Assembly: GCA_044229975.1 (NCBI GenBank)
Contig: JBGARZ010000002.1
Location: 800,001 to 864,000, forward strand
DNA from: Polyangiales bacterium
GTDB taxonomy: Bacteria > Myxococcota_A > Polyangia > Polyangiales > Ga0077539
Length of the DNA stretch: 64,000 nucleotides
Direction: 5' to 3'
Below, one piece after another: positions 1 through 12,448 of this stretch. The notes below the pieces were generated by a model. That model saw nothing but the letters and a program-made list of their open reading frames with translations, was not told where the DNA came from and ran no database searches. The position numbers and the translations under genes are program-made. Each line of letters starts with the position of its first letter. The first letter of the stretch is position 1.

Positions 1-3726
<3,726 letters not shown>

Positions 3727-3746
3727 TAGAGTCGCCCACCGGGACC

Positions 3747-4865
3747 GTGAGGGCCGATCCGACACTACCGAGGCCGAGGCGTCGGCGACTGCGCGCCCGG
3801 GTGCGCTACCTGCTCGCGCTGCTCAAGCGCTTCCGCTTCACGCTGGCGATGACGGGGGTGTTCTTCGGGGTCATCCCGCTGGTGTTCGCGCGGCTCTACC
3901 TCGGCCCCACCGGGCGGCACATCACCTTCGGCGAGGCGCTGCACCACACGTACTTCCTGATGTTCGGGCAGCCCTCGCTCCCGTACGTGGGCAACCCCTT
4001 CATCGAGCTGCTCAACTTCGCGCTCCCGCCCTTCGGCATCGCCGTCATCGCCGACGGCGTGGTGCGCTTCGCCTTCCTCTTCTTCGCCCGACAAAACCAC
4101 GACAAGGAGTGGATCGCCGTGATGTCCGAGACCCTCCGCGCGCACGTCATCGTCTGCGGCGCCGGCCGCGTGGGCTACCGCGTCGCCACGCAGCTCATCG
4201 AGCTCGGACACGAGGTGGTGATCATCGAGAAGCGCGCCGACGCGCCCTTCATCGCCGTGCTCCAGGCCGCCGACGTCCCGGTGCTCATCGACGACGTGAA
4301 GAGCCCGCAGGCGCTGCACCGCACCAACGTCGCCCACGCCGCCGCCATCGTGTGCGCGACCGACGACGACCTCGCCAACCTCAACACCGCCCTCGACGCG
4401 CGGCGGCTCAACCCGAAGATCCGCGTCGTGATGCGCCTCTTCGACGACGACCTTGGCGCGAGGGTGCGCGACGCCTTCCAGGCCGAGGTGCTCTCCAGCA
4501 GCGCGCTCGCGGCCCCGGCGCTCGCCCTGTCAGCGCTCGACCCGCGCATCAGCCACAGCTTCCACGTCGGCGAACGGCTGATGGTGGTGTCGGACTTCCT
4601 CGTCACCGACTCGCTCGCCTCGCTCACGGTGTCCGACCTCCAGCATCGCTTTCGCGTGGTGACGCTCTGCGTGCGGATGAAGGGCGAGCCCGACCTGCAT
4701 CCGAAACCCGCGCACCGCTTCCGCGTCGGCGAGCGGGTCACCCTCCAGGGCATGTACCCCGACTACCTTGAGCTGCGATCGTTTACCGGCGAGGGTCATC
4801 CGCCCGTGTCGGCGGTGGGGCGCACGGACTTCGCGCCGCTGGTCACGCCGGGTGACGTGCCGTGA
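3747..4865 (+). CDS. Potassium-channel-like protein with TrkA-N (RCK, NAD-binding) and TrkA-C domains
   Basis: Two N-terminal hydrophobic helices, VIVCGAGRVG Rossmann motif, ATDDDLANL and NPKIRVVMR RCK motifs. Confidence 0.85.
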   Translation: MRADPTLPRPRRRRLRARVRYLLALLKRFRFTLAMTGVFFGVIPLVFARLYLGPTGRHITFGEALHHTYFLMFGQPSLPYVGNPFIELLNFALPPFGIAVIADGVVRFAFLFFARQNHDKEWIAVMSETLRAHVIVCGAGRVGYRVATQLIELGHEVVIIEKRADAPFIAVLQAADVPVLIDDVKSPQALHRTNVAHAAAIVCATDDDLANLNTALDARRLNPKIRVVMRLFDDDLGARVRDAFQAEVLSSSALAAPALALSALDPRISHSFHVGERLMVVSDFLVTDSLASLTVSDLQHRFRVVTLCVRMKGEPDLHPKPAHRFRVGERVTLQGMYPDYLELRSFTGEGHPPVSAVGRTDFAPLVTPGDVP

Positions 4866-4901
4866 TGCGCGCGCTCGCCCCCGGGGTGCTGAGCCGCGCG
4901 G

Positions 4902-6377
4902 TCAGTGCCGCGCGAAGGGGTACGCCGCGTAGTCGGCGCGCAGGTGCTCCGCGATCCACGGGCACACCTCGGTGACGCTCTTGCCGAGGGCCTGCGCGAC
5001 CTTGCGGTACGCCTCGTGGCCCTGCCGCGCCGAGCGCAGCTCGATGAGGTGAAACATCTCGCGCAGGTTGGCCTGCATCACATACCGGACCCGGTATGCC
5101 AGCGGCACGAGGTACTGCGCCTCCCACGGGTGCCCCGTGGCGATGGAGCGGTGCGGCTCGACGATGGACTCCAGCGCGTCGCGCACCGCCGGGCCGAAGC
5201 CCATGGCATCGAGCTCCTCGGGGAGGACGTAGCCCTCGCGAGTGCCCAGCCGCGGGGTCGTTGCCGACACGAGGCGGTGCCGCTGGAGGTCGCGCCACGC
5301 GCCGTAGTCGCAGCACACCTCGAAGCGAAACTGCACCTGCTCCAGCGCCCGCAGCGGGGCGTCGTGCGAGCCGCGCTCGGCGAGGTAGGCGCGCACCAGC
5401 GAGAGGGCATGCTCGGGGTCGTGCGCCGCGTGCCAAGCCTGCCGCCACGAGGCGCCGAAGAGCTCGCACTGCACCGCCGTCGCGAGCGTACGCAACGGCT
5501 CCGGGCTGTGGTCGATGCGGCGGACGAGAACATCCTCCTGCCGCTCGGGCAGCGCGTGCAGGGCTCCGTGGGCGCGCATCACCCGCTCGTGCACCTGCGC
5601 GCGGTGGGCCGACGGCGCCGTGTACTTCAGCAGCGTGGGGACCATCACCGCCGCCTCGTCCTTCATCGAGCCCGCCATGCGACGCACCTCCGCGAGGGGC
5701 GACGCGAGCAGCTTGCCGATGTGGTGTTCGAGCACGCGCGCGTTGATCGTCACGCCGACGTTGGTGGGGACGCCCGCCGGCAGTAGCCCGCGCAACAGAT
5801 CGCAGCCGTGGGCGCGCAGCGTCGCGGCGTGGGCCTTCGGGTTGACGCCATCGGGCGTCGGGTAGCGCTCGGTGAGGGCGCGCTCGACGCGGTCGAGGAG
5901 CTGGCCATACACGGTGAGCAGGCGGCGGGCGTTGGTCTCGTAGCTGGCCGCGTGATCGCCCGGCAGGCCGATGTCGGTGACGAGCGTTCCCTCGTCGAAG
6001 CGGACGTAGCGGGTGGACTTCTCGGTGTAGGCCGCGAGGCGCGCTTCTTCGAGGGCCTTGGCCGCGAGGATGGAGCAGCGCTCGACGGCGAGGTGCACCA
6101 CGGCGTGCTCGGCGACCGACGAGTGCCCGTAGCCCACGACCCACTTCTCGTGGAAGGCGCGTGCCTTCTCCTGCGCGGTGACGAAGGCGCCGCCCCCCGC
6201 TGGGCCGACCACGTCGAGCTCGCGGTCGTCGAGCAGGCGACGGAGGTTGGTGCGGAGGTCGTCGCGGGAGCGCGAGTAGTACGCGAAGAGCACGGCGATG
6301 ACCTCCTCGGGGAGGTTGCGCAGCGCGAAGACCTCGCGGTCGAGGTTGGTGACGTAGGGAGCGAGACGGTCGTCCAT
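4902..6377 (-). CDS. thyX: FAD-dependent thymidylate synthase, long tandem-domain form
   Basis: GYGHSSVAEHA, TEKSTRY, RDLQRHR and ELRS motifs. At 491 aa it is about two ThyX domains. Confidence 0.88.
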   Translation of the reverse strand: MDDRLAPYVTNLDREVFALRNLPEEVIAVLFAYYSRSRDDLRTNLRRLLDDRELDVVGPAGGGAFVTAQEKARAFHEKWVVGYGHSSVAEHAVVHLAVERCSILAAKALEEARLAAYTEKSTRYVRFDEGTLVTDIGLPGDHAASYETNARRLLTVYGQLLDRVERALTERYPTPDGVNPKAHAATLRAHGCDLLRGLLPAGVPTNVGVTINARVLEHHIGKLLASPLAEVRRMAGSMKDEAAVMVPTLLKYTAPSAHRAQVHERVMRAHGALHALPERQEDVLVRRIDHSPEPLRTLATAVQCELFGASWRQAWHAAHDPEHALSLVRAYLAERGSHDAPLRALEQVQFRFEVCCDYGAWRDLQRHRLVSATTPRLGTREGYVLPEELDAMGFGPAVRDALESIVEPHRSIATGHPWEAQYLVPLAYRVRYVMQANLREMFHLIELRSARQGHEAYRKVAQALGKSVTEVCPWIAEHLRADYAAYPFARH

Positions 6378-6389
6378 CGCGGTCGGCGC

Positions 6390-7208
6390 TCAGACGCTGG
6401 CGAGGAGGAGGTCGACGTTTTCGCTGTTGGCGAGCGTGCGCGGTCGACGGGTGAGCACCTCGCAGCCGGTGCGGGTCACCACGACGGTGTGCTCGAACTG
6501 CGCGGAGAGGCGCCGATCCTTGGTGCGCACGGTCCACTTGTCGTGCGGGTCGACGTCGACCTCCCAGGTGCCGAGGTTGATCATCGGCTCGATGGTGAAG
6601 GTCATCCCCGCGCGCATGCGGGGGTTGTCCGCGCCAGGCTTCAGCTTGTAGTGCGCCACCTGCGGGTCGGTGTGAAACTTCCGGCCGATGCCGTGGCCCA
6701 CGAAGTCGCGCACCACCGAGCAGCCCTGCGCCTCGGCGTACTTCTGGATCGCCGCGCCGATGTCCCCGATGCGGCCGCCGTCCTTCACCTGCGCGATGCC
6801 GATCTCCAGGCTCTGGCGGGCCACCTCGGTCACGAGCCGGGCCTCGGCCGACGGCTCGCCGATGTAGAAGGTCGCCGACGTGTCGCCGTGGTAGCCGCCG
6901 TAGTAGGTCGTCACGTCGACGTTGATGATGTCGCCGTTGCGGAGCTTCTGCGTCGGCGTCGGGATGCCGTGACACACGATGTCGTTGACGCTGGTGCAGA
7001 CCGACTTCGGGAAGCCGTGATAGTTCAGCGGCGAGGGGATGGCGCCGCGGCGGATGGTGTCTTCGTGCACGAAGACGTTGATGTCCTCCGTGGTGATGCC
7101 CGGGCGGAGCATCTCGCCCACGAGCAGCAGCGTGTCCGCGGCCATCTGACAGGACACGCGCAGGTCGTCCACCTCGCGCGCGGACTTGATCTCGATCACT
7201 CCGGCCAC
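6390..7208 (-). CDS. map: Type I methionyl aminopeptidase
   Basis: FPKSVCTSVNDIVCHGIP, GDIINVDVT, GDTS, GHGIG, FTIEPMIN and SAQFEHT motifs. Confidence 0.97.
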   Translation of the reverse strand: MAGVIEIKSAREVDDLRVSCQMAADTLLLVGEMLRPGITTEDINVFVHEDTIRRGAIPSPLNYHGFPKSVCTSVNDIVCHGIPTPTQKLRNGDIINVDVTTYYGGYHGDTSATFYIGEPSAEARLVTEVARQSLEIGIAQVKDGGRIGDIGAAIQKYAEAQGCSVVRDFVGHGIGRKFHTDPQVAHYKLKPGADNPRMRAGMTFTIEPMINLGTWEVDVDPHDKWTVRTKDRRLSAQFEHTVVVTRTGCEVLTRRPRTLANSENVDLLLASV

Positions 7209-7300
7209 GTCGTCTCTCCTCTACAGAATCCCCCCGCGAACGGAGGGGAGCGCTTCGATTAGTTCGCCCGCCCGAACAGGTCAACCACACCCGCGGCGGG

Positions 7301-7642
7301 TCAGTTCCAGCGCTGGGCCTCTTCGCGCAGGCGGGCGCGCTCTTCGTCGGCGTGGTCGAGGCCCTCCTTCGTCACGATGTAGCTGACGTCGCAGCGTCCG
7401 GTGGGCGCGTCGACCTGCGCCTCGAAGCCGGGCCCGGCGATGGACCCCAGGAGCAGCTCGCGCCCCACCGCCCGCACCGTGCCGACCCCTTCATCGCCCG
7501 AAAAGGGCGCCGACTCCCCGCGCTCGGCGTGCAGCGCCACCGCCGTCTCGTAGAGCCGCAGCGCCAGCTTGGGGTGCAGCGCCCCGGTGCTCTGGAGCAC
7601 CGCGATGAGACGCCACGCCTGGTCTTCCCGCTTCGTCGACAT
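7301..7642 (-). CDS. Hypothetical protein (113 aa, MSTKREDQAW...)
   Basis: ATG 5 nt after the upstream stop, preceded by GGAG, with GC3-rich codons. The ORF-track start at 7879 overlaps the neighbouring gene. Confidence 0.7.
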   Translation of the reverse strand: MSTKREDQAWRLIAVLQSTGALHPKLALRLYETAVALHAERGESAPFSGDEGVGTVRAVGRELLLGSIAGPGFEAQVDAPTGRCDVSYIVTKEGLDHADEERARLREEAQRWN

Positions 7643-7647
7643 CGGCG

Positions 7648-8778
7648 TCACTCCAGGGGCATGTCGCAGCCGCGAGGGCCCGTCCGTCGCAGCTCCAGCG
7701 CACCGTCGGCGCGCTCCATGGCCAGCACGAAGCCGGCATGCTCCCACCGAAGCGACGGGCGCTCCATCCCCGAATCGTCCTCGACCGCCACCCGCAGCGC
7801 CGAGCCCATGCGCCGACCGCGCGCGTCGACCCGCGCGAGGTACGACCGCGGCGCCCCGCCACCGACGGGCTCCGACCACGCCACACCGAAGTAGCGCCCC
7901 GCCGCGACCACCGACGCCGTCGAGTCGTCCGCGTAGCGGATGGACAGCCGCTGAACGTCCCCGACGTCGCCGCCCGTGAGGTCGGTCGACACGACGTGGA
8001 GCCCGACGTCGCCCGAGCGATGGTCACCCCACGCGAAGAGCAGCCTCCGACGGTTGCGCGCGACGGTCGGCGCGCCCATCACCCCGGACGCCCGCTGCAC
8101 CACGAAGCCCGCGCCCCTCGGCTGCCCGTCGGGCGTGAGCAACTGACCATGCAGCGCCGAGGCGTCACCCTCGCGGGCCGACCACGCGGCCACGAAGCCG
8201 CCGTCGACCGTCGCCAACGCGACGGCGCTCCCCTCCCCCGCGCTCGCGATGGGATGCACCGTCGCCGTGTCGGTCGCCCGCGCGACGAGGCCCGTGGGCG
8301 ACCGGCCCACCCACAGGGCGTAGTCACCAGAGACCGCGACGGACGCGCCCGTGACGCCGTCCCAGCGCTGGGGCGTCCCGAGCGCGGCTTGTGGGGAGAG
8401 CGTTCGGAACGAAGCGCCCTGGGCGTCGCCCCACGAGACGATGGCCACCGAGCGCTGGACCGCCACCGCCGGGCCCTCGGTGACGGGTCCTTCGGACAGC
8501 CGCGCGGGTTCGGTCATGCCTTCCCACCACGCGTAGACCCCGTCGGCTCCGCGCCAGGCGAAGACCCGCTGACCGGGGGTTCCGGCAACGGCGGGTCGGC
8601 GGCCGACGAAGTGACCCGGGACGAGCGCGCCCGTCACGTAGCGCGCGTCGTAACACTGGGTGGCCACCTCGCGGTGCACGGGGGCGTGGGCTTGCGGGTG
8701 TCGACGGCGCCACCAGCGACAGCCGGGGGCGAGCGAGGCCACGACCACGAAGGCGATCAGACGGCGGAGCTGCGCCAC
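7648..8778 (-). CDS. Putative lipoprotein with beta-rich, possibly propeller-like repeats
   Basis: GTG start giving VAQLRRLIAFVVVASLAPGC, a signal peptide ending in Cys. Recurrent FVAAWS / LLFAWGD / FGVAWSE strands. Start is uncertain. Confidence 0.6.
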   Translation of the reverse strand: MAQLRRLIAFVVVASLAPGCRWWRRRHPQAHAPVHREVATQCYDARYVTGALVPGHFVGRRPAVAGTPGQRVFAWRGADGVYAWWEGMTEPARLSEGPVTEGPAVAVQRSVAIVSWGDAQGASFRTLSPQAALGTPQRWDGVTGASVAVSGDYALWVGRSPTGLVARATDTATVHPIASAGEGSAVALATVDGGFVAAWSAREGDASALHGQLLTPDGQPRGAGFVVQRASGVMGAPTVARNRRRLLFAWGDHRSGDVGLHVVSTDLTGGDVGDVQRLSIRYADDSTASVVAAGRYFGVAWSEPVGGGAPRSYLARVDARGRRMGSALRVAVEDDSGMERPSLRWEHAGFVLAMERADGALELRRTGPRGCDMPLE

Positions 8779-10205
8779 GGGGAGTCCTTGCGGGCGGCGA
8801 GGCTGTACACGACGGCGCTCAAGAGGTTGACGGCGACGATGGCGATCCAGAGGCCGCGCGGCGGGGCGTGCAGCCCGACGGCCATCAGCAGCATGAGCGG
8901 GAGCTGCACCGCGATCACGAGCGTCGCGTCGAGGCGCAGCGCGAGGCGGGTGGCGCCGGCGCCGACGAGCGCGTTGCCGAGCACGATGGCGAAGCCGAAG
9001 GCCGTGTACGAGGGGCCGACGAGCGCGAGGTAGTCCTTGGCGCGGGCGACGATGGCGTCCTGCGACGTGAAGAAGCGGAGGAAGTGCTCGCCGAGGCCGA
9101 CGAAGACCGCCGCGAGGAAGGCCATGGTCGCGACGTTGAAGGCGCCGGTGATCCAGGCCGCGCGGCGGGCGCGGTCGAACTGCCCCGCGCCGACGTTGGT
9201 GCCGACGAGGGTCTGCGCGGCGCCGCCCCAGCCCATGGAGACGAAGAGGGCCATGGTCTCCATGCGGAGGCACAGCGCGTAGGCGGTGCCCGCGTCGCTG
9301 TTGGTGGGCGTCGTGTACGCGTGGTGCACCAGCGCGATGACCACCAGCACGGCGCCGATGCGCACCATGAACTGCGTGCTGGTCGGCCACGCCAGATCGA
9401 CGATGCGCCTGAGCACCGCCCGCGACGGGACGAAGGCCGCGCCGTGCGTGGCCACGCCGAGCGATCGCCGCAGGAGGAGCAGCGGCAGCACCATGACGAT
9501 GGCGCGGGCGATGACGGTGGCCCAGGCCGCGCCGACGACGCCCCAGCGCGGGAGCCCCAGCGCCGCCGCGATGGGAGGGCCCCACGCGAAGACGGCCGGG
9601 GCCGGGCCGGGCCCGTAGACCAGCAGCACGGCGAGGAAGAGGTTGAGGATGTTGCCCGCGGCGAAGATCACCAGCGGCGGCTTCGACTGCCCCATGGCGC
9701 GCTGCACCGCCGTCACCTGAAACATCAAGAACACCGTCACGATGCCGCCGACGATGACGCGCAGGTAGGCGGCGGCGAGCGCGCGCACGGCCCCTTTGGC
9801 GCCGAGGAGGTCGTGCACGATGGTGTCGGCGCCGAGCACCGCGACGAGCCCGAAGGCGAGCCCGAGGAGGGTGACGAGCCCGATGCTCCCCCAGGCCACG
9901 TCGGCGACGTCGCGCGAGTCGCCGCGACCGCGGGCCTGGGCCACGAGCGTCGCGGTGGCCGAGGACACGCCGTAGGAGATGATGGTCCCGAGAGCCGCGA
10001 CCATGTCGCAGATGCCGAGCGCGTCGAGCGAGGCGTCGGAGACCGACGCGGGCAGGCGCGCGACCAGGTACTGATCGACGAGGTTGAAGACGACCTGGAG
10101 GACCATCGCCGCGGCGAGCGGGGCTCCGAAGCGGAGCACGGTCCAGGCGAGGGGTCCGTGGAGCAGGCGGTCGCGCGAGGCGTCGCTGGCGGTGCTTTCG
10201 GCCAT
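8757..10205 (-). CDS. MATE family efflux transporter
   Basis: About 12 hydrophobic segments. LLHGPL..FGAP..LQVVFNLVD and GVVGAAWATVIAR MATE signatures. Confidence 0.92.
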   Translation of the reverse strand: MAESTASDASRDRLLHGPLAWTVLRFGAPLAAAMVLQVVFNLVDQYLVARLPASVSDASLDALGICDMVAALGTIISYGVSSATATLVAQARGRGDSRDVADVAWGSIGLVTLLGLAFGLVAVLGADTIVHDLLGAKGAVRALAAAYLRVIVGGIVTVFLMFQVTAVQRAMGQSKPPLVIFAAGNILNLFLAVLLVYGPGPAPAVFAWGPPIAAALGLPRWGVVGAAWATVIARAIVMVLPLLLLRRSLGVATHGAAFVPSRAVLRRIVDLAWPTSTQFMVRIGAVLVVIALVHHAYTTPTNSDAGTAYALCLRMETMALFVSMGWGGAAQTLVGTNVGAGQFDRARRAAWITGAFNVATMAFLAAVFVGLGEHFLRFFTSQDAIVARAKDYLALVGPSYTAFGFAIVLGNALVGAGATRLALRLDATLVIAVQLPLMLLMAVGLHAPPRGLWIAIVAVNLLSAVVYSLAARKDSPWRSSAV

Positions 10206-10294
10206 CGTGACGGCCGCGCTCTACCCCAGATCGGGCCTCCCCGCGACCCGGCGGTGAAGGTCACCCCCGGAGCGTCGATCGATTTCGCGTCGGC

Positions 10295-11461
10295 TCAAGC
10301 GGCGACGCGCGACGCGGCGGGCGCGGGGTCGCGGTAGACGGCGCACAGCCTGCTCATCACGGCCGACCACGTGTAGCGCTCGATGAGTCGACCGCGACCC
10401 ACGACGCCCAGCGTGCGACGCGCCTCGACGTCGAGGGCGAGCGCCTCGATGAGGGCGTCGCGCAGGGACGACACGTCACCCGCTTCGAAGCACCGACCCG
10501 CCCCGGTGCCGCGGACGAGATCGGACACCGCGCCGCCGTCGGGACCCACGACCAGCGCGCCGCACGCGATGGCCTCGGCGGTGGACAGCGAGAAGGTCTC
10601 CGAGCGGCTGGGCACCACGACCACGTCGCTCGACGCCAGCGTGCGTGCGACCGCAGCAGGCGAGGCCAGGTACGGCCGCACCGTGACGGCCGACCGTGTG
10701 CGGGCGAACTCCTCCAGGCGCGGACGCAGCGGGCCGTCGCCGACGAGGTCGAGGCGAGCGCCCGTCACGGCGTGGACGGCGTCGAAGGCGGCGAGGAGGA
10801 GGGGTAGCTCCTTGTCGGAGGTGAAGCGCCCCGAGTAGCAGATGACGGGCGCCGCGCCGTCCGGGCGCACACCGGCCGCGTCGGGAGTGAACACCTCGAC
10901 GTCGACCCCGAGGCCCACCTCACGAACGCGCGGGAAGCCACGACGGGTGAGCTCGCGCTCCATGGTGGGCGAGGCCACGAGCGTCGCGTCGTACCGCGAG
11001 TGCTGCCGACGGAAGAACGCCCACACCGCCTCGGCGAGGGTGTCTCCGACGTCCCGCACGGGGAGCGAGTGCGTGATGTTTTCGACGACCTGTCGGGGAT
11101 GACTGTGGAAGAAGCCCACCACCTTCGGCGGCCTCGGCAGACGCCGCACCTCGCGCAGCACGATGCCGGGCAGCGCGTAGTGGCTCGCGATCTCGATGAC
11201 GTCGGGCTGGAGCTCACGGATGAGCTCGCCAATGCCGGCGCGCGCGCCAAAGAGACGATAGGCGGGGTTTCCCGGCATCGGCGGACCGGGCAGGCGGTGC
11301 ATGGTGCCGTCGCCGAAGGGCTCGCGAGAGCGCGACGCGCCGGGAACGACGAAGTGGCACTCGACGCCCTCCCGCGGGAGCGCCGCGGCCTTCTCCAGGT
11401 AGTACCGCTTGATGCCGCCGCATGAGTCGGAGAACGCGCTCGTGATGTCGAGCACCCGCAT
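10295..11461 (-). CDS. Glycosyltransferase family 4 (GT-B)
   Basis: GGIKRY N-terminal loop, YSGRFTSDKE, VGDGP and PSRSETFSLSTAEA (EX7E) motifs. Confidence 0.9.
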   Translation of the reverse strand: MRVLDITSAFSDSCGGIKRYYLEKAAALPREGVECHFVVPGASRSREPFGDGTMHRLPGPPMPGNPAYRLFGARAGIGELIRELQPDVIEIASHYALPGIVLREVRRLPRPPKVVGFFHSHPRQVVENITHSLPVRDVGDTLAEAVWAFFRRQHSRYDATLVASPTMERELTRRGFPRVREVGLGVDVEVFTPDAAGVRPDGAAPVICYSGRFTSDKELPLLLAAFDAVHAVTGARLDLVGDGPLRPRLEEFARTRSAVTVRPYLASPAAVARTLASSDVVVVPSRSETFSLSTAEAIACGALVVGPDGGAVSDLVRGTGAGRCFEAGDVSSLRDALIEALALDVEARRTLGVVGRGRLIERYTWSAVMSRLCAVYRDPAPAASRVAA

Positions 11462-11470
11462 GGTGATCCT

Positions 11471-11645
11471 TCAGTGGGCTGTGGTCGTTGGGGGCGTCGC
11501 TTCGATGCGTCGCCGACGGCCTCATCCGGTTAGCGCGACCGGTGTCTCCTGTCCTTCGAATTCATCGCTTTTCGCAGCGCTGGATGACGTCCCCACTGAG
11601 GTGTTCGCGCCCCATGTGTCGCGTTGTCCACCACGAGCCCACTGA
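11471..11645. repeat. Long-range imperfect inverted repeat in the GT4/purQ divergent intergenic region
   Basis: TCAGTGGGCTGTGGT (11471-11485) pairs with ACCACGAGCCCACTGA (11630-11645) with one bulge. A second partial arm CCCACTGA lies at 11592-11599. Confidence 0.55.
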
Positions 11646-11721
11646 CGCACGATCAGTCTGCTTGCGTCATGGCTCCGGTAGCCTCTAGGCTGCGCGCCTC
11701 TTCAGTAGGTGGTGCGGTTCG

Positions 11722-12420
11722 ATGCGCGCAGTCGTGATCCAGTTTCCAGGCTCCAACGCGGACTTCGACGCGCTGCATACGCTGCGCGACGTGGTCGGGG
11801 TGCAGACCTCGTACGTCTTCCACAAGGCCCCGGCGCTCCCCGCGAGCACCGACCTCGTGGTGCTCCCTGGCGGCTTCTCCTACGGCGACTATCTCCGCTG
11901 CGGCGCCATCGCGCGCTTCGCCCCGGTGATGGCCGACGTGCGCCGCCACGTCGAGCGCGGCGGGCTCGTCATCGGCATCTGCAACGGCTTCCAGATTCTC
12001 ACCGAGGCGGGCCTCCTGCCGGGCGCCCTCACCCGCAACGCGCACCTCCGCTTCGAGTGCCGCGACGTGCTCGTCCGCGTCGACGCCGACGGGCCCTTCA
12101 CGCAAGACCTCCGCGGCCGTGTACTGCGCCTGCCCATCGCCCACGCCGAGGGCCGCTACCAGGCCGACGACGCGACGCTCGCGGCGCTGGAGTCGGAGTC
12201 GCGGGTGGCGTTTCGGTACGTGCCCGCGGCGACACCTGATGCGCGCTCGCCCGCCAACCCCAACGGCTCGCTGCACGACATCGCGGGCATCTACGGCGGC
12301 CCGAAGCGCAACGTGCTCGGGCTCATGCCCCACCCCGAGCGCATGTCCGAGCCGCTGCTCGGCGGCACCGACGGCCGCCTGCTCTTCCACTCCGCCGTGC
12401 GCGCCGCCCTCGCGCGCTGA
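11722..12420 (+). CDS. purQ: FGAM synthase glutaminase subunit PurQ
   Basis: [31 protein letters not shown] and GLMPHPER motifs. Confidence 0.97.
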   Translation: MRAVVIQFPGSNADFDALHTLRDVVGVQTSYVFHKAPALPASTDLVVLPGGFSYGDYLRCGAIARFAPVMADVRRHVERGGLVIGICNGFQILTEAGLLPGALTRNAHLRFECRDVLVRVDADGPFTQDLRGRVLRLPIAHAEGRYQADDATLAALESESRVAFRYVPAATPDARSPANPNGSLHDIAGIYGGPKRNVLGLMPHPERMSEPLLGGTDGRLLFHSAVRAALAR

Positions 12421-12448
12421 ACCACCCCTTAGAGAGAACGCCACCACC

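Noticed and set aside
11662..11691. TTGCGT-N18-TAGGCT as a purQ sigma-70 promoter
   Set aside because: Plausible, but the match is too weak to list without TSS data.
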